NCBI GenBank assembly: GCA_004764695.1
Contig: SMSO01000032.1
Span: 3,124,725-3,188,724 of the forward strand
Length of the DNA stretch: 64,000 nucleotides
Reading direction: 5' to 3'
Origin: Schizochytrium sp. TIO01
Taxonomy: Eukaryota; Protista; Bigyra: Labyrinthulomycetes
Below, one piece after another: positions 13,212 to 25,156 of this stretch. Made by a program: the position numbers and the translations under genes. The notes under the pieces are model-generated. The model ran no database searches and was not told where the DNA came from. It saw only the letters and a list, made by a program, of their open reading frames with translations. Positions within the stretch are counted from its first letter, which is position 1. Each line of letters begins with the position of its first letter.

Positions 13212-14123
13212 AGTTTGCTGTTGTTTTAAAATAAAACCTTGTTGTATGATGCATCCCTACGCAACATATTGAATCTAATTGAACCCAACCCCCTGCTGTT
13301 ATGCTATTCCATCTCTTTCCCTTTTATATTAAAAGCAAAGCTAGCAATATTTATCTGATTAGGATATGTTTTATAAAGATATCAAAGGTGTAAGTCACAT
13401 TCGTTGGTCCGCTCTCGGGTTCGTTGCATGGTCTAAAACAGTGTGTACATGACTAGAATCTCCTCTAATGCAGGAAGTGAACAAGCTAAGACCGCAAACT
13501 GGTGGAATGTGTCAATTAACTCCAGCTTCTGTAAAAAAGCAGAGATACTTGCGCCCTTCTGATGGACAAGTCTTTCATAACAGGATTACTTCCTTGTCTA
13601 CCCGCTTTATATTTCAGAGTAAGAGTCTTGTTCATTTTCTTTATTTTTTTAATTTCTTTGTTATAAAGTATGATATCTATATAAAGATTGAAGGTTCTCC
13701 TAGTCCTTAGGCTGGAGAGAAGAAATAAACCTCTAGTACTGCAACACGACGAGGCAGATTTGCAGCTTGCAGGTGCCCAAAGACCTTAGCGGCAGCTGAA
13801 GCGAGGGTGGTCAGCTTATTATAGAGTGCTTAAGCTTGTTCCAGTGCGGAGAAGCCGTGCAGTGTTTGGTGGGAAGATCACAGAGGCTACCAGGCAATTA
13901 GGTCGTTTTCACAACCAAAATACGCTCTAGTTGTCCAGTGCAACGCGATCTAGGTATCTCTCCTTATTTAGGAGGCAAGCACATTGGCTCATAGGAACCC
14001 AAGCTACCTTCTTAGTTAACAAAGTATTGGGAAAACGTGTTTGCCAACTCTAATTTATCCTTTCAAGGAACACCCAGAGTTGTGGTAAGCTCTGCTCGCA
14101 GGAAAGAACGACTAGGGGACATC

Positions 14124-16085
14124 ATGAGTGGTCGCACGCGTTCTTCGACACGCTCCTCTTCGAATGTACATGACGAACAGCGCCAGAATATTAATAGGGA
14201 ACGCTCCAAAACGTCTACTCGTGGAAATCAAGAGTCTTCAACTAGTAGTAAAAAGCGAAAGGCATCACACCAACTCCAACAACGACCACCGAAACGAGGC
14301 CTATCTCGGGAGTCAAGTGCCGCAGCGAATGCATCAGCCGAAAGTTTGAAACAATCAAAATCTTCAAATAATCAGCATATCAAAACGCGTTCGTCTTCTA
14401 AAAATCAAGAACCTCCCGTCGATGAGGATGTTATCACACTATATTCTGACAATGAATGTGAGAGTCATATGGATGATTCCACTAAAGAAAAGGAAAGTAT
14501 GGACCTGGAATCCTCGGACATTCACAATCATAATACGAAAATGCAACCAAACTCACCAGGGAGATCTTCAAATTCTGTGTTGTCTTCAAAACCTCCACGC
14601 ATCGCAGAAACCTCGAGCAAAAATATTTCGACGGATAAAATTCCCACCTCGAGATCAAGCCGATCCTCCAACCAGTGTGATTCTGACATATCTTCGGGGC
14701 GAATTGTAGATGGCAAAGCGAAGAAGACATTCAGCCCATCAAAGGAACATTCAACAAAACCTCATGGAAAACAGAGAAGAGCTGCGAACAAAAAAAGCAA
14801 CCCCAACACGACAAACCGCGTTTCTGAAGTTGCCCGTCCTGGTGTGAATGACAAGACTAATAATAGAGAGAAGCTGGAAAAGGTCGGGGACAAGGAAAGC
14901 GATGATGGAGAAGCGGAAGAGATTGATTTCGAGGTCACAGTAGACCTTGAACAGAGTAACAGGCGCTCTTTACACGAAGCATCATTAGCCGATCATCCTA
15001 CGCCTACCCCAGAGTCACATGCAGTATCAACGGGGGGCAAGGCTAGTTCAGGTACAGGGAAAGGAAGTCAAACAGCATCCCCGGAAGATGTCATTTCTTT
15101 GGAGGAGGAATCTAACACAGAACACAGCTCTCAAGACACATTGCCTCCTGAGTTCAGCAAATCAGATGACCATGCCAAGGCAGTCATGGATGGTGCACAA
15201 CATCTAGCGCACGATGTTTCGAAAAAAACTTCGGACAAATTCAGTCAAGATGGATCTTCAAAGTATTTTAAAGATCCCAAGAGTGGCTCTGAAATCTCGC
15301 GTTCTTTGCGCGATCAGCAAGGTGGTCATTTAAAGGGCTCTGCTCAGGTAGATTTACCACGCTCAAAGAGTCGTAAACGTAACCATAATGCCGACAGCAC
15401 TATACGAGAGGAATTATCATCAAGAGACGAAGAAACGTCAAGTCCAACGGGTCCTTCTCTTGAAACGAAAGGAAAAGATGCTCTAGAACAAGATCTAGAA
15501 CGAGATCCTTCAGATCATGATGATGATACTAAGATAGCTGGTAAGCCCAATAGTCAAGAACTACATCTTCCAGCTACACCGTTGCCTCGCAGTAGTAAGA
15601 ATCAAAACGGTAGTGAAAATATCACTGACTCATCCAAAGTGAAGATCGTATCTAATGTGAAAGGGCTCCAATATTCTGAGGATGTGGAGTGTCCTGTAAA
15701 ACCTAAGAACAGTCACAATAAGAATACTGGTTCAGAAACTAGATCAGTTCACACAATTTCTATAGGGAAAACACGAGGAGGTGGTGAACCTGTCGATCCC
15801 ACCGATGAAGAAGACAGCGCCGAGCCTTGCAGTATCAACCTCTATGTCGCTATAAAGATCAAATACTACGGCATATGCCGCAGTCATGAGATGGGCTCTC
15901 ATTCGGAGACTTGGTCAAATGGTGGTATGGAGATTATTGGGATCTTCCGCAATGAAGCAGAAGCTAAAAAATGCTGTGATAAGATGACTGAAGATTTACA
16001 TATTGATAATGAAGGTTGGGATAAAGATGCAGTCCGTTGGGAGTTCTTGGTCATGCCAAGCAAAATGAAAGACCTTGGCACATAA
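14124..16085 (+). CDS. Hypothetical Ser/Lys/Asp-rich disordered protein with a small globular C-terminal domain
   Basis: 2-kb open frame with low complexity and NLS-like KKRK. The last ~85 aa are hydrophobic and ordered. Start codon uncertain. Confidence 0.7.
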   Translation: MSGRTRSSTRSSSNVHDEQRQNINRERSKTSTRGNQESSTSSKKRKASHQLQQRPPKRGLSRESSAAANASAESLKQSKSSNNQHIKTRSSSKNQEPPVDEDVITLYSDNECESHMDDSTKEKESMDLESSDIHNHNTKMQPNSPGRSSNSVLSSKPPRIAETSSKNISTDKIPTSRSSRSSNQCDSDISSGRIVDGKAKKTFSPSKEHSTKPHGKQRRAANKKSNPNTTNRVSEVARPGVNDKTNNREKLEKVGDKESDDGEAEEIDFEVTVDLEQSNRRSLHEASLADHPTPTPESHAVSTGGKASSGTGKGSQTASPEDVISLEEESNTEHSSQDTLPPEFSKSDDHAKAVMDGAQHLAHDVSKKTSDKFSQDGSSKYFKDPKSGSEISRSLRDQQGGHLKGSAQVDLPRSKSRKRNHNADSTIREELSSRDEETSSPTGPSLETKGKDALEQDLERDPSDHDDDTKIAGKPNSQELHLPATPLPRSSKNQNGSENITDSSKVKIVSNVKGLQYSEDVECPVKPKNSHNKNTGSETRSVHTISIGKTRGGGEPVDPTDEEDSAEPCSINLYVAIKIKYYGICRSHEMGSHSETWSNGGMEIIGIFRNEAEAKKCCDKMTEDLHIDNEGWDKDAVRWEFLVMPSKMKDLGT

Positions 16086-16794
16086 AAAGCTCTTTTAGTT
16101 TTTCAATTTTATAAAATCACAAGCGAGCACAACATTATAAAACCTTAATTAGACTGATTAAACTGAACCTGTATGATCGCAACGTAGGTATGAATGTGTT
16201 CTCACTGGACACGTCAATGCAATCCCCGCTTTTCTGCTCACTCCAAGTCTTGTAATAGAATATCGTGTCGTGTGATAAATGCCCTATCTTATTTAGCACG
16301 TACGAGACGCACCAGACTGGAGAGTCTCCATGCAACCTATGACTCGTTGAGTACTCACCGCTCTGTTGTGCAAAACGTGCCGAACAGATTGTAAGAGGAC
16401 GGCAAAATGGGAGAAGCTGAGCGCTTGATTTTAATTCTCAACAGTTCTGAAGAGCAGAATCAAATGGGTCTCACTGATCATTATTGTCAGACCAGTATAG
16501 TTTTGTAGGCGAGGCAGGATTCATGATCTCATACATCTCCCTTATATTATGTTGTGTGTGGGGGGGGGGGAACATGTACCTAATAACAAAGAACAAGATA
16601 CAAGAAAAATCATTATATATGGCTTTTAAATTTAGCACAGCTACTCAAACTGAGAAGCTGGTAGAGACGAAGAATAGGAGATTAGAAAACACACCTATCC
16701 CGGAGAAGCCGAAATGCGATGTTAGCAAATGTGAGCTGGGTGCTTTGCTTGTGCAGACTGGAACTCATTTCAAGGAGTCTCAATAAATGAGCCT

Positions 16795-19392
16795 TTAGTC
16801 CTTGTACAGCTCTTGAAGAGTTTCATCGTAGTGTTGAACGAGGTTTCGGCGCTTGAGCTTGAGAGCAGCTGTGCACAGGTCATTTTCAGGACCCCACACA
16901 ATCTCACGCTCGACCTTGATGTTCTTGGGAATCTCAAATTTCGCACAATTAGATTTTTTGAGAAGCGAAGCCACGTCGCTCTTGATCTTCTCATCAGATA
17001 CCTTCTTGCCGGCCTCAGAGACCTGAACAATAGCGACACAGTATGACTTTTGGGAGTCGCAGTATACCATAGCATTGTCGACGTAGTCGGAGTCGCGAAT
17101 GATAGGCTCAAGCTTGCCGAGAGAGACATACTCACCACCTGAGAGCTTCACAAGATCTTTCTTGCGATCAATGATGGCCACAACACCGTCAGGGTAGATT
17201 TCGCCAATGTCTCCCGTACGCAACCAGCGTACACCCTTGTCATCCACGAAGTAGGCCTCGTCAGACTTTTCCGGTTCCTTGTAGTATCCCATTGTGATCT
17301 GAGGTCCGCCGAGAAGCAACTCGCCACGTGGGTGAGGGTGACGTTGGTCCTTCGGCGCAGAGCTAGGGTTTGCATAGTAACCACCTTCTTCCCAGTCCTC
17401 TAGTTTAATCTGCATTGAGCAAATCGGCGCACCAACGCGACCTGCAGTACGATCGTTCGGCCAGCAGATCGTAGCAACACCGACGGTTTCTGTGAGACCC
17501 CAACCTTGTCCAACTGGGCAACAGAAAACCACGTTCATGAAGTCCTGAGTCTCCTTGGACAGCGGGCCACCTCCGCTGAGCATGTAACGAACACGGCCGC
17601 CAAGAAGGCGTGCGCGGATGTTGTCAAAAAGGATTCTGTTCCAAAAGGGCGAGTCGTTACCGTGGCTGATGGCTTGAAGCTTTCGCTTGTAGCCAATGTC
17701 GAAAAGACGCTTTGCAATTCCACCAGTACCGTTCACCTTGGCAAGGACACCAGCGCGAATTTTATCCATAATCATGGGGACGGCTGCCATGAGGGTTGGG
17801 CGAAGCTCGGTGGCATCACCTTTACAGGCACCTGGCTCAATACAAACGGAGGCATCAGTCAGGGTTTTTGGTGATCCATAGCCAACAGCAACACCGCACG
17901 AGTAAAGAGAGCACTCAGCGATAAGCTCAAGAATGTGAGCAAGAGGAAGGTATGCAAGATACACATCGTCGGTGCCCATGCCACAAATGGCTTCCGAGCA
18001 ACCAGCAATGCCAGCCACAAGGTTCCTGTGGGAGATTACAACACCCTTTGGGTTTCCAGTAGAGCCCGAGGTGTACATGATGACACCAGAGTCCTCTGGG
18101 TTAACCTCAGGCAGGGCATTTTTGGAGCTAGCTTCGCCAAGCTGCACAACCTCATCAAAGCTATGCGCTTGGATACTGGAATGCTTGTTGAGCATTTCAC
18201 GAATCTTATCGTCGGAGGTGTGCGCCGGGTGGTTCGCTGGACGGTTGTCACTCGTGAAGACAATGTGTTTCAGGTTCGGACATCCATCAATTACCTTTTC
18301 GATAATCGGGATAAGGTCGCAGTCTGTAAACAGAACCGAGCATTCTGTTTGGTTCACACTGTATGCTACGGCTTCGGCTCCAAGGTTTGCATAGATCGTT
18401 GCGACACAGAAACCGCTGGACAGACAACCTTGGCATCCGAGTTGCCACTGGGCCTTGGTGTCAGCATAAAAGTTGATGATATCACCCTTTTCCATACCGA
18501 GAGCCACGAGACCTGCACCAAAGTCAATAGATTTGGTGTAAGCTTGACGGTATGTAATCCAGTTATAGCCTGAAAGTACAAACTTTTCCTTGTTTCCATC
18601 TTTTGTCATGCTCAGAATGTCACGCCAACCCATGCAGTTGTCAGAGGAAAACTTTTCGCAAGTAATGCGCCACATATCAGCCATCGTTTGAATCTCAGGG
18701 GTGGGGTTCGTGAATAACTTTTCCCGAGAACGGGCGCTGCGGTAGATACCTTCATTGTCTGGGTAGGCCATCCGACCTTTCATGCTTCCTCCAGGCAAGG
18801 ACTGACTCGTGCATAGACCCCAGAGGGCTTGCATCGCGGTGGTACGGTGTAGGCCACTCATGGCAGCGCTTGTCGCATCATTCCTGCAGATTATTAGTTC
18901 ATTTGGTTATTCTTAGTGTTAGTAAGTCAAAGTCACTAGTTCAACATGCGCTCTTTCGTATCAATACATTCACTTTTTATTTTTGGTTTGTTTTTGGATG
19001 GATGTCTAGAAATAGTGCTCCTCAATGGGCTTCACAATTGAAGGCCGTTTAGCTGAGAGAAAGACTCCGAACAGCCAAAATATATAAGGGTGTTGGCTCG
19101 GGTGATTGTCACTAGTTGACGACCGAACAGGCGTTCTGCAAACACAAAAGAAAAGGTAGCTCGTTGAGCCTTTCATTTAACCAGTCGGCCAGAATCTATA
19201 GATGACGAAGACAAGAAACCCTGCAGCAGAGCAGGCGCTTCTCGTATAATCATGCTCAGGCGTGACAAGAAGACACAGCAAGCTTTTGTTTTTCTTTATT
19301 TTCGTTTCTCGGAGAAGAAGAACTTACCAATCATCCTCGCAGTAGTCACGCGGGTGCTCACTCTCTTCGCCCACAATCGGTTCATACGCCAT
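16795..19392 (-). CDS. Long-chain fatty acyl-CoA synthetase (ACSL3/4, plant LACS8/9-like); 2 exons (19328-19392, 16795-18883)
   Basis: IMYTSGSTGNPKGV, YLPLAHILE, GQGWGLTET and RTGDIG...IIDRKKDLVKL.GGEYVSL motifs. The upstream exon MAYEPIVGEESEHPRDYCEDDW splices in frame (phase 2). Confidence 0.93.
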
Positions 19393-21489
19393 GATGGCTT
19401 ACACGGTAGCTTTGTACAGGAAAGAGTTGGAGCACAGCAGCACAGCACGAGAAGACCCGATCCAGTTAGATGGTTTGGGGTATGGATCCTGATGACCTTG
19501 CTTCCTTAGCAGTCGTACTGCTGTTGCTAAAGAAGCGAGGGAGTGAGTCTCTCGCGTTTCTTAATTCTTTTCCTAGTGCTTCTATCATTGCAATAGTACC
19601 TACCTACTATATCCCCATTAGGTAGAACGACTATCAACAGCACTAAGAGTAGCCATGATTTGCTATACTATACATCACTATTGAATGAATAGGCTCTACC
19701 AACCTACGTAGATGCTGCTTTGAGCTCTAAGACTCGAGTAAGTTCAGTCTTTTCTGGATACCACTGGGAAAGACATGACACGCTAAGATATTACCTACGA
19801 ACCTTCCTACTTGCAAGTACTATTTTCGGTAATATTGTTATTACCAGCACAATCTATTTTTCTTTCTATCTTTACTATAATTACTAGCACTACTAGTACT
19901 TAGATACTAACTATTGATGAGACCTGAGAGAAATAGATAATAAAAACACTTTAATAAAGAAAATAAGTGCCGCTTCGCCATTGAAAAGATGTTTCATGCG
20001 AATAAAAAGCCTAAGTACATGTGTAGGATTCTTTAGTAGCTATAGTTGTACAGGCCTATGTGTCGTGTCATTCAAGTGCCATCGGCAAGCTACGTCACTC
20101 AAAGAGAATGAGTCAAAATTTCTTTCTTTTATTAATAATAAATAAACTTGGATAAAAACTCATAGAGCTACATAAGAGTGAGAGGCCAAAGGCGCTAGGT
20201 TTACCTCGACCAAGAGATAGACCAAGCTAGGAAGGCACTACTTAGTGCTTACCACCAAGCTATACATTTTACTAAGAAATATCAATCACTCCATCTCTTT
20301 TGAAAAAATTTCTTGCTATGCCTGTATATGCGAAGGCATGTGAGAAATTAATTTCTCGTCATAACTTTGGAAACATATTTTTTTTCTCTCTTTTTAATTT
20401 TGAAAAAAGTTCGATTTATTTTTCATGTAAAGCAGGTTCCAAGCTAGAGTACTTTTGAACAGACCTAAGTGCATAGGCATCTCTTTTGGTTTTGCCTCAT
20501 AGCCTTTGGTCTTAAATAGTGAATGCGCCAACCCATGTAATAGGCCTGTTAGGTAGTACTGGTAGTGTCACTAGTAGGCCCTATGCTCGGACTAGGTAGT
20601 CTCGAGTAGTTAATTTTTCTTCAAAAATTTTACCAGGATCCTTTGTCGTACTACCCAGGGTCTATTCAATAACGTTAGTATTAAAACATTTATTATATAT
20701 TTAATAGTTCGTATTGAGCACCTACGTACCTAACACCTTTTACATTTTTCTCTTCAGATCTAACCAAACTTGCAAATTAAAATGAACATTTTTCTCACTT
20801 TTCAACCGGCGCAAAGTGAAAAGCAAGCTAATAATAGTACTTATGCACTGGTATTCAAATTGACGTTCAGAACCTAGTAGTAGGTAGTATCTTCTAGGTC
20901 TACTATTTAGGCCGTAAGCATATTGCGTAGTGTAAACAGAAGTGATGATGCTTCCTCATGAGTGATTAGTTATACTGAAAGATTATAAATTATAAGCTTT
21001 GATTGAGAGTGTTTTTTTTTAAATAAAAGATTTTAACTATCCACTCTCCTGATTAGCATATGTGCATGCAAGATGATTAATAAGTAGTATATAGGTAGTA
21101 GTTGAACAATGCTAACTGGATCTTCTAGTCATTCGACAGCCATTTTCAATTCTAGTTTGTGATGGATCGGATCGCACTAGGGGTAGGGTAATCAATTCAA
21201 GTGTGACATCATCTTAATCGTGGTTTTAGAGGTTTCGTCTACATAGTTATTTGTCATTCTCTGTCGCAGAGATTTTCCGTCGTTTCAACTTCGTTTCCCT
21301 TTTTCGAAGAGCTAGCGAGGATTGGTACCGTCTTGTTTTCAAGAAAATATTTCTCCCAAGCTCTAGCTAGAGAATGTGCTCTTCTATACTCTCTGAAAAT
21401 GAAAAAAGTTACTAGTTCAGACAGTTTAGCACAATAAGGATGCCTTTGAATTGCCCAACGCAAATAGTTTCAAGCGATCATTAAGGGTT

Positions 21490-22260
21490 TCAAACATCAT
21501 GATACCACTACCAAAAAGAATTGAGCGTTTAGGTAAAGTTTCCATTTCATGTTATTTATCTCTAGAGTTACATCAATATGTTAACTTTGTGATCTCTTCA
21601 TTGCAATATCGCAACCGAGAGATAATTTCTATTCTCAGTATTCCGTATCATAATCTTCTTGGAGAGCTCAACCATAACATTAGTTTTCTGGCACGTGTCA
21701 AAAATCTAGCTATATATTGCAAGTTAGCATGAGGCAATCACCAAGAGATAGTGTAGATGGAGGGATAAGGGAAAATAATAGTTGGAATTAATATCCAGGA
21801 ACTGCTGACAAAGTCCAGTGGCAAAGTCTAAACTTTGATCTTGTGTACTTTATACTTGGTTGTTCCCATAGATACACACCGATGTACATACTTAGCTGTT
21901 ATCAATCTTATCTAACAAAATAGTTGCTCTAGTCTTTACCACTTTTAGCCACTTTTGGCCACCTGCTAAAACAACATGTAATAGGATTCGAAGAAAGTTG
22001 TCAAATACATCTGCTTTGCAGCATGTATTCTTTCCTCATGTGAGAATAAGATGTCCCTAAACACGAAAATTTTGAAACGAGGTCAGAGTTTTCGCGAATC
22101 GTAAAGTTCTTCAAGTGGTTTTTCGATTATTCTCTTTCAATCATTAGATCTTCTTTTCATGAACAAACTTCAAAGCATTGTCATTGGAGAACTCTACTTT
22201 TCCAAGGAGAAATTTACTATGTCTATGTGAACACAGGCTCTGAACAACTAATTTTGACTC
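21490..22260 (+). pseudogene. Possible decayed leucine-rich-repeat gene fragment
   Basis: Fragments such as ISILSIPYHNLLGELNHNISFLARVKNLAI resemble the LxLxxNxLxGxI LRR pattern. Interrupted by stops and frameshifts. Confidence 0.3.
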
Positions 22261-23167
22261 TTCTCAAAACAAAAACTAAAACTGACCCATTTAGTTAAGA
22301 CCTTCTACATCTCAAGAAGTGTATTTTCTTTCGTCCTATACTGCCAAACTTGTCACATAATCTGTTTGCTTTTACATGCCCCCCTTTCATTTTTCTTTTT
22401 TTGAACTGCTTCACTTTCAATTCAAGTTACTAGCAAATGTTAAGTTCATTAAGCAACATTAAGGAATAGGTCTGTTCAGAGTTACTGGCACAGTTTCATC
22501 TTCGAAACTAATCGCTCTCGCAATAATGTGTCCGCATTCAATTGTCCATGAAGTCCCAGAGCTTTTTGTTTTGTGTTTTTGCAACCGTTAAAACCAACCC
22601 GGCTGCGATTAACAACAGTTGGCTGAAAGTGAAGGGAATCTACGTGAAAGCCTGACATAAGAAACGATTTATTCTTTAAAGCATGCCTTAGGTACAACGC
22701 TGCCACACTCCATAGTTTCCGCCAGTTCCCCAGTAACAGAATATTGTAAATCTCTATTTCCGGCGCATGGGCGATGAATAATTTCAGTCAATTATGTTAC
22801 CATGCCAACCTGGAAAAGTGAGTGAAAGAAAAAAACACCCCGCCACAGTCAGACCTCTCTCGTGGTAGAGAAAGAGCATTTCTGCAACGCTGCACACTTC
22901 GCTACGAGTAGAACATAGGAGAAAATATAACGTATTACAAGGAAATAAGGATTGTTGATGTTGAAGATGGCCTACTCGGATTCAGAAAAAATGTCCACTT
23001 TGTTCATAACAAAAAGAGCGATCCTATCCATAGGCCTTCTTTCGTCTCATTAGTCATAATATTAAACGCTAGAGGAAGCATGTCTATGCGCGTTGAGGAA
23101 GAACAGATGTGATAAACCTCAGCAGGCACGGGAGCGGCAATGTGAAGAAGCAGTATAAAAGAGAGTT

Positions 23168-25156
23168 CTAGGCAAAAGACACCTGCGATGGAAGTGCATG
23201 GTGTACAGTATCTGTGGTGATGCAATAATAATAAACGTTTCCATGGTCATCCTCTAGCTCCTCCCACTCTTGCTCTCGCGACACAGTTTCGATGTCTTCT
23301 CCATGTTCTCTGTTATCTTGGTGTTGAACTCGCAGTGAGGACGCTGGGTGACTTAAATATGCAATTTGTTCATCGTCCTCTTCGACATATCCGTCTTCAT
23401 CAGAGTCTTCTTCTGAGCTTGCATCAACACTGTTGTTTGCTCTGCTCATCTGAAAGCTAGCAACATCATGTTGGAGATGCAGGGCAAAATTATCTTCGCG
23501 ATTCTCGTTTAAGGGTACATTTCGCTTGGCAGGTACAGTGCCTAAGGTAGAGTCCTCGTGCTCTTCATCCTCTTCCTGGAAATAATCTTCTTCAACATCT
23601 GAGCTTTGAGCTATACTAGCTCTTTGGGCATGGTATGCAGCGAGAGTCTCAGCAAGCTTACCCGCGGGCAGTTTAGATTCTAGGACTGGGATGGTACACC
23701 ATTCTGTTCGACGAAAAGGAATTGACCATTGAACAAGGTACTCGACGACTGTTTTTTCACCAATCTCTCCATGTGCTGATCTATTTCCTATAATACGATC
23801 AATTTCCCAGCACTGATGATTCAACATAGGATGGTGGGAGGAGGTCCCATGGTGATGGTGTGCCAAACGAAGCCGGGCGCTAGGAGACTTTGAGCGCGCA
23901 TTGCGTCTTCGGCGTATCGCACGGGCAGGCCCACAACGCAGAGGGGACACACTCTCAGCTTCAGAGCCACTTCGAAATCCTCCACCTGAAATCCCCCCTT
24001 CAAAGCTTTCTCCGATGCTTCTTTGCATGGGTCCAGTCAGCTGACCTCTTATCAGACCAGCGACAAGGGTCGAGCGGCCAGCACGCTCAGGGTCAAAGAT
24101 GAGTAAAGAAAGGGCTACTAAAAATTGTGAGACAACACCAAGGGTTCCGGCAGTAGCCATAAGCCCTTTGTCGACAAGCGTTTTGGCCTCAAATGTGATG
24201 GCTATAAGCTTTGCTAGAACAACTAACCAAACACATGAGAAGATCATCCAGGCCACACCCTGAACAAAAGCAAAAATCGTGCCTCCACGGCCTGGCATGA
24301 AAATGTGGAACTTGTCCTCTCCGTATCTCCATTTGCCACCCACTGCATTGGTAAGTGCCATAGCCACGGCATAGAGAGATACAAATACCATGAGCAAGAG
24401 ACCCTGCACAGGGCCATCTGCAATGGCCTCTGATTCGGAGAGAAAGGCAATTCCACAAGCGTATATTGCCATGGAAGATTGGAGGCCAATATACATCCAC
24501 CAGAATTTACGGTTGCTCTGCCCGAAAAGCATCTTAAAGTTAAGATGTCCAGTGTCAAAGAGAACAATATCACGACGCGAAAAGTGACTCGAATTTTTGT
24601 GATCAAACACCATGAGTGAAACAATGACGAGGCTCTCTGCAAGCATGCCTAGCGCTGCCGAAGCCACAAGGAGACCACCGAAAGCATCAGTATCTTCGGT
24701 GGAGGATTTCAAACGCCCTGCAAGATGAAGCATGCCAATATTCTTCATGGATAGCCATGGGAGAATAAGAGAGAACGAAAACATTGTCCAGAGAATAACC
24801 TGGAGTAGAACAAACCTAAACCCACCTCGCAAAGGCTGAATCGACTTCCATCCACGTTTCTGATACAGTACATTTCCTAAATTATATGTAATGAGGACCG
24901 TGGCAGCAACAATTATGTTGATGATAGCTGGATAGACAAACCACCCATATCGTTTGAGAGGTGGATGCCGTAGCACAGCTAGAACAAGGCGAAGAATACT
25001 TGCTGGAATGCACCCTTGTAATTTAAGTTGCAACCAATCTGCAAGACGATCCCCAAAACTCAAGTACACTGCGAGAAAGAAGCCCCCGGTAGATGCAGCA
25101 ACGCTAGCAAAGAGGATGAGAGGGAAAAAGAAAGCGATCACAAGCATGCCATCCAT
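23168..25156 (-). CDS. Multi-pass membrane protein with C-terminal chromo-like and WW domains
   Basis: 662 aa with ~9-10 hydrophobic helices in the first 355 aa. WEIDRIIGNR...EYLVQW...EW is chromo-like. WEELEDDHGNVYYY...T is WW-like. A possible upstream exon is suggested by a TAG acceptor just 5' of the ATG. Confidence 0.75.
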   Translation of the reverse strand: MDGMLVIAFFFPLILFASVAASTGGFFLAVYLSFGDRLADWLQLKLQGCIPASILRLVLAVLRHPPLKRYGWFVYPAIINIIVAATVLITYNLGNVLYQKRGWKSIQPLRGGFRFVLLQVILWTMFSFSLILPWLSMKNIGMLHLAGRLKSSTEDTDAFGGLLVASAALGMLAESLVIVSLMVFDHKNSSHFSRRDIVLFDTGHLNFKMLFGQSNRKFWWMYIGLQSSMAIYACGIAFLSESEAIADGPVQGLLLMVFVSLYAVAMALTNAVGGKWRYGEDKFHIFMPGRGGTIFAFVQGVAWMIFSCVWLVVLAKLIAITFEAKTLVDKGLMATAGTLGVVSQFLVALSLLIFDPERAGRSTLVAGLIRGQLTGPMQRSIGESFEGGISGGGFRSGSEAESVSPLRCGPARAIRRRRNARSKSPSARLRLAHHHHGTSSHHPMLNHQCWEIDRIIGNRSAHGEIGEKTVVEYLVQWSIPFRRTEWCTIPVLESKLPAGKLAETLAAYHAQRASIAQSSDVEEDYFQEEDEEHEDSTLGTVPAKRNVPLNENREDNFALHLQHDVASFQMSRANNSVDASSEEDSDEDGYVEEDDEQIAYLSHPASSLRVQHQDNREHGEDIETVSREQEWEELEDDHGNVYYYCITTDTVHHALPSQVSFA

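Noticed and set aside
16770-18599. Alternative-frame and antisense ORFs over the acyl-CoA synthetase
   Set aside because: Shadow ORFs caused by codon bias of the real gene.
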